Below, piece by piece: positions 14,362 to 25,600 of a DNA stretch of 64,000 nt; position 1 is the first letter of the stretch; every line of letters begins with the position of its first letter. The position numbers were made by a program, and so were the translations under genes. This DNA comes from Catajapyx aquilonaris (taxonomy: Eukaryota), in assembly GCA_000934665.2 (NCBI GenBank), contig KZ538325.1, positions 1 to 64,000 of the forward strand, written 5' to 3'. The notes under the pieces were generated by a model, which made no database searches, was not told the DNA's origin, and saw only the letters and a program-made list of their open reading frames with translations.

Positions 14362-15239
14362 GTGTTCACTTACCATCTCAGACAAACTTTTCTATTTCAT
14401 CCCTGCGGGTAGATCTCATTACACCTGAGAAAACAGGATAAACTTTGAACCGGAGAGAAAAAAAAAGTGGGAATTCATTGTCACATTTCTCACCAAAGCA
14501 ATTCTTCGTTTTCGTCGTTCGTTAATCAATCTTGGTTGGGAGGCGGGGCTCATTCCCGGGGAGCCTCTTTGTTCCGGACCGCGTTCCTTTGTTTTGGTCT
14601 CGGTGGGGACAAATGGTGTCCATTGAAAAGTTGGGAGACAATGTCAGGTATGGTTATTAGGAGTTGGACCTGAAACTTTTCAGGAGTGTCATATTATCTT
14701 GTTGTGTGAATGTTACAGGCTGAAGCATATGGTGGGATTATGTGAATGTCAGGCTGGTTGCAGTACTTTGCTCATAATCCTCCAAACCTACACAACCCAT
14801 TATTGAAAACCGGAAAACCCATTGTTGATGAGTGATGTAAATGTACGTAGCCATTTAATCTGCGATATATGCGTTCGGTCATGTCTGTCGCTTATCTGTA
14901 TCGATAATACCCGCATTTACATTGACCAAATTAACATTGGCCGAAGCGTTAACAGGTTAAAATTGACACCGGATTAATCACCCGGATAAAAACCTTCATT
15001 CAGAAATTTAGTGACACGACCGCTTTTAGTAAAATACAAAGCCTGGAGCATTGTTTGGATACCCTACATTCAGGAAGCAACCCTGTTGACCCCTGCTAAC
15101 CGACCCAACTTGGTCTATTTGAGGCCCTCACTAATGCCCCCTGAGAACCACCAGGTGCCCGAAATACAGTATCCCACCGGATATGACAGCCGGCTCACCG
15201 GACAATTTTACCACCCGTTTCTCCCATGGCATCAAAAAT

Positions 15240-15787
15240 CCCCTGTAGAGTTTTTGACAACCCTTTCCATGACCGAAGCCGTTCATTTCAGCAATACTAG
15301 ACGTGTGTCTGCACCATCTTGCTCAACTAGAATTATTCCAGTTGAGCAAGATGGTGCATGCACACGTTTAGTACATGTACGAGTAAGTTATACGTGAATG
15401 GAAAATTTACTAAGGGCAAAACAGGGAGTTGGTTTGTATATCCCATTGTTTTCAATCTCATGTAGATGTTTTGACAACACATTTGATGGCCAAAGACACA
15501 TGTTTTATCATTTCTAGCTAAGCAAGTTGGTGCACACGCACTTCTAGTACATGTAGAAGTAAGATAGATGTGAATAGAAATGCTAACGGAAAAACAGGAA
15601 GTTGGTTTGATGGCCCCATTGTGTCAACAATCTCATGTAGATGTTTTGACAACACATTTGATGGCCAAAGACACATGTTTTGCCATTTCTAGCTAATCAC
15701 GATGGTGCACACACATCTCTAGTACCCGTAGAAGTAAGGTAGATGTGAATTGAAAGGTTACTTGAGGGCAAAACAGGGCTTGGGTTT
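15240..15787. repeat. Degenerate ~175-bp tandem repeat (~3 units)
   Basis: tgtagatgttttgacaacacatttgatggccaaagacacatgtttt occurs at 15461 and 15636, with a diverged version near 15244. The tggtgca...tagtac...agtaag...gtgaat...aaaacagg block occurs three times. Confidence 0.9.
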
Positions 15788-18700
15788 TTGGTAGGGCGCG
15801 CACCGGGGAACGCGGTGATGGGGAGCGGGGGGGCATTGTGAGGCTCGGCTTGCACCGGGAAGGTGAGAAGTGAAGTGGCTCACCACGACTTGAAGTTGAC
15901 GAATAGTAACGATCAGAGATTTGGGTTCGGAAGTGAAAAGCTCCCCATTTCCCAACCCAGCAGCTCGCCTATTCAGCGGCACTGCTTTCGATTGCGGAGC
16001 CCGCATTTTGCCGAACCCCAGTGCTCATTTGTCACATTTCGAGTGCAGAGCTGTACCCAAGAAAGCAACACCCCCAATAGAAAGGTCTACAGATAATAAG
16101 ATTGGATCAAATCTCCCCACTCCCCGTCACTTGACCCCGGTCTTGGATCAATGCCTTCACGTCCATACCTGTTTGCTTGATCCAAACTCGTTAAGATGCA
16201 TTGCACTCGAGAAAGGCTTTCCACAAGTTTGGCCATTTTGTCAAAAAAAAAGAAGGTACGTGAGGATCGCTTAGTTTGCACTGATTATCGGAAAGGGGGT
16301 ATTGATTATCACTTTATCAGCTGTAAATCAGTAGAGGGATAGCAACAAGTGGGCAACTTGGTATATAGGACATGGCACTTCTTGGCAATAACCTGGGGCG
16401 GAGTTGAGTGTTGAAACAGGAAGCTTGATTTGACAGGACGTCATGAATAGTACGGTATGAGCAAGTACTGGAAGTCTATAGAAGCCAAGTTTGACGCAGT
16501 GAATTCAGACAGTTTCGTAATCCCAGTTCCGGTTGAGTAAAATCTTGCAAAAAAAAAAACTCTGCAAAATCCTGAACTGTCGATGTTTCATCAGCCATGG
16601 AATATGCTTTCAAATGAACGCCTGCAAAGTAGTGCTGGAAACTTTGGTGGATGATATTTTGCCCGGATTTTACCAAAAAAAAAGGGAGAGAGAGATGGCA
16701 TGCGGTGATGCCCTTGTCAGTCATTTTTTTGTCTCATGCTAAATGCAAGCAGGCTTTGATATGGCTTGATGTGGGCTCGGTTATTGACGGCTCTGCATGC
16801 GTGACCCAGACAGGTTGGGGTCTAGCTCTACGGTTGATGTGGTATTCATATAAGTTGATCCTCATGTGAAAGTCAAACCCAAACAATGACATCAACTCTA
16901 AGACAACATAAAATCACATAACTATAATTGCAAGCTGCCTCCAGTTTGTTCAGAAAATCAGGTGTCTCTGAGGACTTGGACAGATCTTACCACCGAGCAG
17001 ACGAAGAAAGGAAAAGGGCCGTTAGTCAGTGTCAGAACTTCCCCGGAATTAATTTGCCGAGTGTTCCGGAGAGAGTTTACGCGCCGGTCCTGATGTACGG
17101 TGACAAGTCAAAAATGGAGGTTACATATCTGCTCATTAAACTCAGTATCACAGTCTGAGAAGCATCTATAAAAAGTACTGTAATATGTTTAACATTGAGG
17201 CTAAAACGGTCCTTGTAAAGACTCCAAGTTGATTAAATCGAAGCATCACGACCAGTAATAGAGAACGTCGCAAGAGTTTCTTCCTCACTGAGAAGAACTC
17301 AATTGAATCGCAGGTCTCGACCACAAAAGGCGGGTTAGGTCTATACCAGACAGATTGCCCGTCTTTGGATGATAATTCTTCCTTCAAGATTTTTTTTTTT
17401 CCTTTGGTCCTCGAAGACCTTAAGGAAAGGAGCCTTCATGTAACGCCTTAGTTCCACTTGATCTAGGAGGATTTGTAGCGCCTAATTGGAATATGGCAGC
17501 TCCTGGAGGAGCGTCCTACACTTCATTAATTATTCATCACGGAATCTAGAGGCAGACGGGAACCAAGCCTAAGGAGAATTTTGAGTTGCATGTGTCAGAA
17601 CTGAGATTTTATGCCTGGTAAGTGAACATTAGTTGTCATCATCAGCAATCTTGCTAAGAGTATAGGATAACAACAGATTAGTGTTGCAAAATTATGGGAT
17701 TGCAGTTTATTTTTAATGGAATTAAGTAATCTCAGTACTGTATGCGGTTGCTATGTAAGGCTGGAGTAGGGCTTAGAATGCTAAATATGGCTGGGGGCAT
17801 AACCCCAAAATTAAAGTTCCCCAGAGCTGTTCATATTATACTGTACGTCCAATAATCAGGAATGTTTGTGAACTGGATTTGTAATAAAATTGCATTACCT
17901 AATATGGCTTTAAGCTGATCATTGACCCACCTGGGACATTCTTATAAGTCAGTGTGATCATTAAAAAGATGACCCCCAAAATCATCTGAACCGAGTCCAA
18001 TATATTGGGAGCGAACTACACGTGTTGTAATTTGCGCTCGTATTGAAAGGAACATCTGTGCCGAAGTTTAATTTGCGAGGGCAGTGCAAAAGGGAGCCCA
18101 GCATGCGCAAGATTGATGGATTTTTCATTGGGATCATTTTACTGCGTTCATTTGAAAGCTGGTTCCATCATCTGCAAGCTGGAGTCCAAAAATGTTAAAA
18201 CAGTTATTATAAAAGCAAAATTGGAAATTTTATTCTGTATTCAGAAGAGGGCAACCTCTGTCATCAAGACAGGATTCTTCCTTTTTTTTTTACTTATTCT
18301 TCTTCATCTCCTTGGGACCCAGCTGGCATCTCCGTCGGAGTTTGTCATATTCAATCATCTCGTCGTGCGATTTGGAGTGAGCTGTCGGAGGCCCTGCTTC
18401 GAAAGCCCTTCTGCGGCTTGCGATATTGAGCGCTTCTTGGCTGCCTTGTCGCAATCTGGCTCTTATAACGAGACTAAGCCAGGGGTCCTCAAGAGAGTGC
18501 GTTCTGAAAAATATATATATGCGTGGGTTTCCCCCTAGGGGTTCAACCCACACACTAGAGAAAAAAGGACAGAACGTGTTATAACCCTTTTCCTATTGTG
18601 CCTGAAGCATCATCATTTCCTTGAATTCGAACGGAATGAAGAGTTGGGTAGACTTCACAATGGGAGAAGCCGATTGGCAATGAAATCGGCTGCTTTACTA

Positions 18701-21082
18701 ACTTTCATGCTTTATCAGAATTGAATTGCTGGGGTCTAATGCCTAAGTTTGAAGTCGTTGGAAACTATTGATATCGAAGACCCCGGTAGGGTAGAACAGT
18801 CTGGAAAGTGTGGTCTTGGAGCATAACCTGGAGGCCATTTTGGAGAGGTGTTTCAAATCCCACTTTGCAACTAGCTTTAAGCTAATTAGTTAAAATATGT
18901 AAAAAATGGTGCCGATCGCCTATCCAAAAACTAGCTAAAAATTTTAAAGTCCCAAAATGTGCATGCTCGATATAAAATCATCATCAAATCTATATGAAAC
19001 GTAGTTTCCTTCCGTGTGTCTGGCCAATTGGAATGTTGGGAGGAGGAGCCACGCCCAATCACCGCCAATAGCCTAGAGGGGGGGGAACGCTGCAGCCAAT
19101 AGCGGAGCGCAGAACGTCACACTGGACAATATTCAGCTTAATGCGAACACTTGCAATAGTTGGTTTTTGCAGATGACTACCGTGATTCTTCTGTGCACAC
19201 ACATTAGTAGAAAATCGAGTTAGAATTGAAGAAAAAGAAGCGATCCGTCAGCCAGGATTTAAAATCCAATGAGGTAAGTTTGCCCTGTACGCACGAGAGC
19301 GTATTGCTTCTTTCCTCAAAATGGGAGAGCAACTGAGGCTGATGATCTCCGAAATCGGTGCAGAAAGAGCCGGAATTACCAAGGCCCCTGTCTTCAGGAG
19401 GAGGAAATTTCCAGCCTGATTACGCTTTCAGTTCACAGAAGCATCCTTGTATTTGCTCTAGAATCCCTCTGGACTTCGGCGCACGGTTTGGTTAATTCGC
19501 CAATTTTCGCAACTTGGCGTAGGATTGGGTGGTTCGCGGTGGGGAGTACGGCTCCGGAGTCTTGAGAAATCGACCTGGAATTTTCATCCCCTTTTGGGGG
19601 GGGNGGGGGGGGATGGCCCGGGGATTCGTTATCCTGCCAGGTATGCCAAGTGATAAACAGCTACGAGTGGGCCTCGCCCCCCACTGTCGGGCTTCGCCCC
19701 CCTACTATAAATATTGTACAGGTTTGTGCCAATTTGTAACCCGCGACAATGTGCGAAATATTATTACTCTCACGTTCCAAACTGGGATTCAACTCCCTTC
19801 ATAATTCGTCACAGTCACTCCGCAATTGTCCATTGTCGCGTAATTGGATGGCGCGACTGTATTCAAGCCCCGAATTCTTGGACTTGACATCGTATTAAAC
19901 CGCATGACAGTACAGCTTTGGGGGGCGACAATGTATTAATTATGATTGAAATGCCTTCATTTGCACATCTAATAACTGCGAATTCAACTGCGTAGGCGCT
20001 CATTTACATGCCGATTGTATTCACAGTGCGTCCTCTCAGCAAACTACCCATTGTTGCCACCTATATTTGCCAATACTTTGAATCGATTTTTTTCCTCCAA
20101 TACGAACATTTATTTTTTTCTGTGTTCATCTCCCTCGAGCCAATAGCGGTTTTCTCTCTCCCTTGGGAAGTAATTGCCGTCCCGACATGCAGTTGAAAAG
20201 GGTGATTTCTGCAAGTTTACAAGTCGGTCCAAATCAGAGAGGCATTAAAAGAACATGGAAGGCAATGAAAGTTGAATGAAAGCCCAAATTCCAGGGGATC
20301 GTCATTTAGCCCACCCACCGAATGAGAACCGGTCCCAGAGAATTAATCGCGTTTTTACACCTCCTCAAAACTGGCGTCTCATGCCACTAAATTAAAAGTC
20401 GTATTTCATCCTACCCCCCAAAAAATGGTAGGTCAACAATGTGGAATATATGTGAAATTAGGTCCCAGTTTTTTTATGAGTATGCTCCCATTTCGATCAA
20501 ATGTGCAGGAGGGGGGGGGGGGGCATCTTCTGGTGAAATATTATCTCATAGAGTGGCATTCATAACCGTGGCGCTTCAATGTTGGGTCGTATAACTTGAC
20601 ATCCGCGTCGCTTCTTCCACGTGACATTTTTTTTTTTTTTATCCGAGGTCCCTCGTTCAAATCCAGCTTTACTGCGGTGTAGGGGTGGGTGTCGCCATTT
20701 TCTTTTTTGGCGGTGGCTAATTAAATGAGGCAAGAGCTGCTTCCTGGAGGTGGATTTGTTGGGATTTACTGGAAATACGTCCGGACTATGTCAGGTATCT
20801 CAGGTGACAGGAGACAATTAGCAGTTCGGATCTGTTGGGGACAGGCTGTGAGGCTCAAAGTTGGATGCGATCGAAGAGATGGCGCTAGTGGCGAGTGTCC
20901 ACCTACCGGTTGTGCAGTGTACCTGCTGAGGCTTTAAATATTTATTTAGCAGCTGAATTTAAAAAGATCTCATTACAATGATTTAGTAATATAATTTTCA
21001 TTAATTATATTCAAATTCAAGGTAGTTTAAACACAACAAAATAAAAGTAATTTTAAATGCGATAAAATAAAATAATTCTAAT

Positions 21083-21470
21083 ATCAATAAAATAATTTCA
21101 AGATCAATAAAATAATTTTAAGATCAATAAAATAATTTCAAGATCAATAAAATAATTTTAAGATCAATAAAATAAAATAATTTTAAGTAAACACAATTTT
21201 AAATAAAATAACATTATTTAAAATAAAATAACATAAAATAACATTATTTAAAATAAAATAACATAAAATAACATTATTTAAAATAAAATAACATAAAATA
21301 ACATTATTTAAAATAAAATAACATAAAATAACATTATTTAAAATAAAATAACAGCATAAAATAACATTATTTAAAATAAAATAACAGCATAAAATAACAT
21401 TATTTAAAATAACATAACATAGAATAAAATAACATAACATAGAATAAAATAACTTTATTTAAAATAACAT
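21083..21470. repeat. AT-rich compound minisatellite: 20-bp unit (atcaataaaataatttYaag) followed by 30/33-bp units (aaataaaataacataaaataacattattta)
   Basis: Tandem periodicity is directly visible and produces the repetitive LNNVILCYFI ORF. Confidence 0.95.
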
Positions 21471-22460
21471 AATTTTAAATAAATATTAGTTTATATAATT
21501 TAGATTTTCCTGAGATTGAGTTACTTGAAAGTCAGATATTCTTAGTGAACCTTGTGGTGAGAGGACCAAGGTTGTGCAGTACCGGTACCATCTTTTCAGG
21601 GGTGTCCGAAATATTACAAGCTTGACGGCTAAAAATGATTTCTGCGTTATTCATACACCGATATGTATTATGCATATATGGAAACCATATGCAGTTCCCA
21701 TAAAAGAATGTCTGCTCCCCCATTTTATGGGGGGTGCAAATTATACCTTTGCTGAATGTATGTTCGATTTATCATTCCAGTTGATGATACCGGAACTTAT
21801 TTGCATCATTTCTCTCGTAGGCTGCAGCTGCCTGAAATTTGGCCCCTGATAAGTCTCCCGTAAGTTTTTGAAGGGGGAAAAAATGGTGGAGAGGGGGTTG
21901 GGCTTGCAAAATGCAATTCTGGAGTTTCAGAAATGAGGAGAAATGCAGATTGTCAACTGTGAATTCAATAGTTAAGTGTCCTAATTGAATTTGGGCACCG
22001 TCGCCTTTAATTATACAGTGGCGCCTTGTCGTGTTTGGGGTCTGAAAGAGGCACGCAGAAAGTTCCCCCTAGTATTTTTTTTTTTTCCAGCCCATGATTA
22101 GGTTTGGAGAATCGATATAACTCAGTAACGAGGGTCAGATGTTTTTGTAAAAATGGTTAGCGCCATCCGTCCGAAAAATTCGCAAAAATAAGTTTACAGT
22201 TTACAAACTTTGAGAAAAACTAGGATTATCTCAGTCAGATATTTAGGCAAATTACAATACAATATTGGTGATTATGGTGTATAACTGAATATTTATATTG
22301 CTCTTATTACAGTGCACATCAAGTAATTTTTGAATAGATTTTGATGAAAAGTAAATAAATTCCATAATAATTGATAGCCTAATAATTAACACGTGATAAT
22401 TGGTAATAATTTTATTCATAATTTGTTTTCACACCCAGAGCTACCTCGAAGTTTAGCTAG

Positions 22461-22654
22461 TGTGGAAAAGGTTAATTTTCCACTAAAAATTAGTTGAAAT
22501 ACGGCGATTTTAAGTGGAAACATCGTCTTTTTCCACTATTTTAAGAGGAAAATTATAATTTTCCACTTAAAATTAGTGGAAATTAGGGTGACTTTAAGTG
22601 GAAATATCGTCTTTTTCACTTATTATAAGTGGAAAAATTATCACTTTTTCCACA
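22461..22654. mobile_element. MITE-like element with an internal ~84-bp duplication
   Basis: Termini TGTGGAAAA / TTTTCCACA are 9-bp inverted repeats, with TAG on both sides as a possible 3-bp TSD. The interior is built of repeated TTTTCCACT / AGTGGAAA motifs. Confidence 0.5.
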
Positions 22655-25600
22655 TAGTAAGTAGAAACAACTAGAGTGCAGATATACGAATATTTGGTAG
22701 AGGGCTAGTATCGCTCGGCTAGGAGGCCTACAGCTCCAGCTGAATAGCCAGTGACGTCTATATCCGACATAGCGTATTCTCCTTTGACACGGCCAGTACA
22801 ACTCCCCCGTTGGGAAGAATCCATGCATTAACATATTCATCTCTGCTCGATCCCCAAGTATTTCATTACGTACTTCCCCTCAGCATTGGGTCGAATATGT
22901 GCCTACCGAAATGCCACCTTGTAAGGCTCGTCAGGCGAAACTCGATTCGGCGAAACATCCTCTTTTGCGTGCTTTCCTTCGTGGTATGGCAGGTCACATG
23001 AGGATATTGGATAGCGCTAGAGGGCACTAGTTGAGAGCCGTTTTTTCCCCGTTTATATTGAGGGGGGGGGAGATGGCCCTTTTCCTTCATGGCAACTCCG
23101 CCAGGGGAGCAAGTTTGAGCACGTTCCGCAGATCCCAACCTCCTTTCTGCACCACGCTTCTCTGGAGAAGGGGGTTCTAAATTCCGAGACTTGAAACAGC
23201 CGCATAACTTTGAAGCCATCTTCTCTTTTCCTTTCCTCCTAGGACTTTCTTAGATTTTACCACTTCTGTGGAAATTCGTGCAATTTTAATTCTTGTAGCC
23301 AAATGAGATTTTTAAATTTTTTTAAAGGAAAATTAACAATGTTAAAATATACGTTGCCTTGACCCCAGCCAGGGTATTGCTCCTATGACCCTTGCTCTTC
23401 TGACGTCCTTGTGTACAAGCAGTTGTATTCGTATATCATAAAAGTCTATCCTATTACTGTGCGCTCCAGTGCCTCGGGGCTATTTAATTATCCGGTAGCA
23501 ACAAACATGTGACGTCAGCACTGAAACGGCTGATTACACGTATTTAGGCGCAGCTTGACGTATTTGGACATGGGTCATGGCCCTCTAGGGATATCTTGGA
23601 CGCGTCACATTACTGTGGGCTAATGAACTAAATTGCACCATATGTCCTCATTTTTAGCTGACCTTTCTGATGGTTACATGTTTGGACATTACTGTGCTGG
23701 ACAAAATACCCTTAAGAAACATGGCTCCAGGCACATTTTTTCGGTTTTAACCACCGTATTGTTTACAATACCGAAAACATTTCCGGGGTAAAACTCATCA
23801 ACTTTGCCGCCAGCACAGTAATTACGCATGCACGATTAAAGGCGACCAACTACAGCGAAACATGAAACCACTGAAAGTTTCTCCCGTTGGCAAATATTTT
23901 CCACCCAGAACAATGAGGATGCTGTAGGAAGCACCACAATTGCTCTTGTTTCCAACCGTCTCTTTTATCTTGGGGAAGAGATGGATCGCTTTGGTTCTCC
24001 ATGTGACAAGCACTATTCAGAAGCGTATTTTATATGCAACAATCGGCTCCTGTAGATGCATATCCACACCTGGTGCTCTGCAAGGGGGTTGTTACATTTC
24101 ATAAATAAAATCCAAATCACATTTTCCATGAGATTCTGCCGACAAGTTGAGCCTCGATGAGGGAGTTCTATGCTCCCAAATCGGATTTTCATTTCTGGGG
24201 TTTTGGGGACCGTTGCGTAACCCGGCTTGGTGACATCATCCAATATGGCCGCCATGTGTGCGATTTGAATTATCTGAAGTCGCAGGGTACACCTTTGAGT
24301 ATAACTCTACCCGAACTTTGATGTTAGACCCGATTAGGTTCAAACGGGTTCAAAGGCTGATCGGTTAGTACATACCGGGCTTGCCTGACCGTACTAATCT
24401 ATCTGAAAAAATGGCGCGCTTTTCCCCCCAATATCTACATGGTCCGGTCTGACCATGAAAATCGACCCACCCTAAAATTGGGTCCCAAAACGCTATCGGA
24501 TAGCGGTATCCTTGTGGCGGTGGAAAGTTGCCGAGCATTTAATTACCCATGACGAGTCGCGAAAAGGGCGGGCAAAAGGAGGAATGAGATGCAATGGTGG
24601 TCCAGACGAGGAATGGAGGTTGTTGGGGTTGGGTGGGTTGGGTGGGGTGGGGTGGGTGGGAGGAAGGACCCCGTCGATCAATAGAAGAGGCTTGTGGCTG
24701 GCTGAGTGCAACGGCAGCGTCTCTACGCTCCTTCTAGTGCTGTGTCTTCCATTTGCAGCTGTCTCCCCAGAGAATCTCTGGTCAGCCTGGCTTTTCTGTA
24801 TTATATGGTGGAGGAAATGGGGAGGTGGGGGTGGTAGAGGTTTCCGGCTGGGAGTTGGCAGCAGAATTAGATACAAATCTCATCTGTTTCGGAGTAAATA
24901 CACCCTAGAGATGTAGTTTGTCGTGACTGACTCTAGGATTTGTATGTCCAAAAATTGTTACTCGAGAACCAAAATGGAAAGGGTGATGAATAAGAAATGT
25001 CATGTCACTTGTCTGCGGCCACAACAAAGAGGCTATTGTCGCGTACAGCATTCAACTCAAGTTGCGAACAGTACACACTTCCTAGAAGCACTGGTAAATT
25101 TCGCAACAAGCCTGAACGTGCTTGAGAGCAAACCTTTGGCAAACTTGAACTTGGCTCAAAGGAGTGGGGGGCTGTCCTCTTGTTGACACTCATGTTTTCC
25201 CAAGAGGGGCACTCTGACAAATAGAGTCGTAGAGAAACGGGGAGAGGTGTTGTCACTATCAAATGAACATCACTGTTAAGCCAACTTGGTTTTACATAAC
25301 AATCATTATAGACCTGGATACAGTATCATATCAGTTTGAATAATGTAAATTGGTGGTTGGCTACACTGCTATTGTGTCCTGGATATGCTGTAACCCAACC
25401 GTCTCTCTTGTTCGCCATGTTATCTACTTGCCAGGCGCTCTAACTTTTACTGATCATAATGGTACACCATTGGTCAGGCCACTAATTGAAAGTTTTACGA
25501 CTCGAATATCAGTCCGCATTTGTCACATCAGGCACATATTAATCACTGCATGTCATAAAAACCTTACACCGCAGGTTCATAATGTCAATGGTGGTATTGT

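Noticed and set aside
16570..16615. hAT-transposase-like motif YSMADETS on the minus strand
   Set aside because: Only a short match, with no surrounding transposase similarity.
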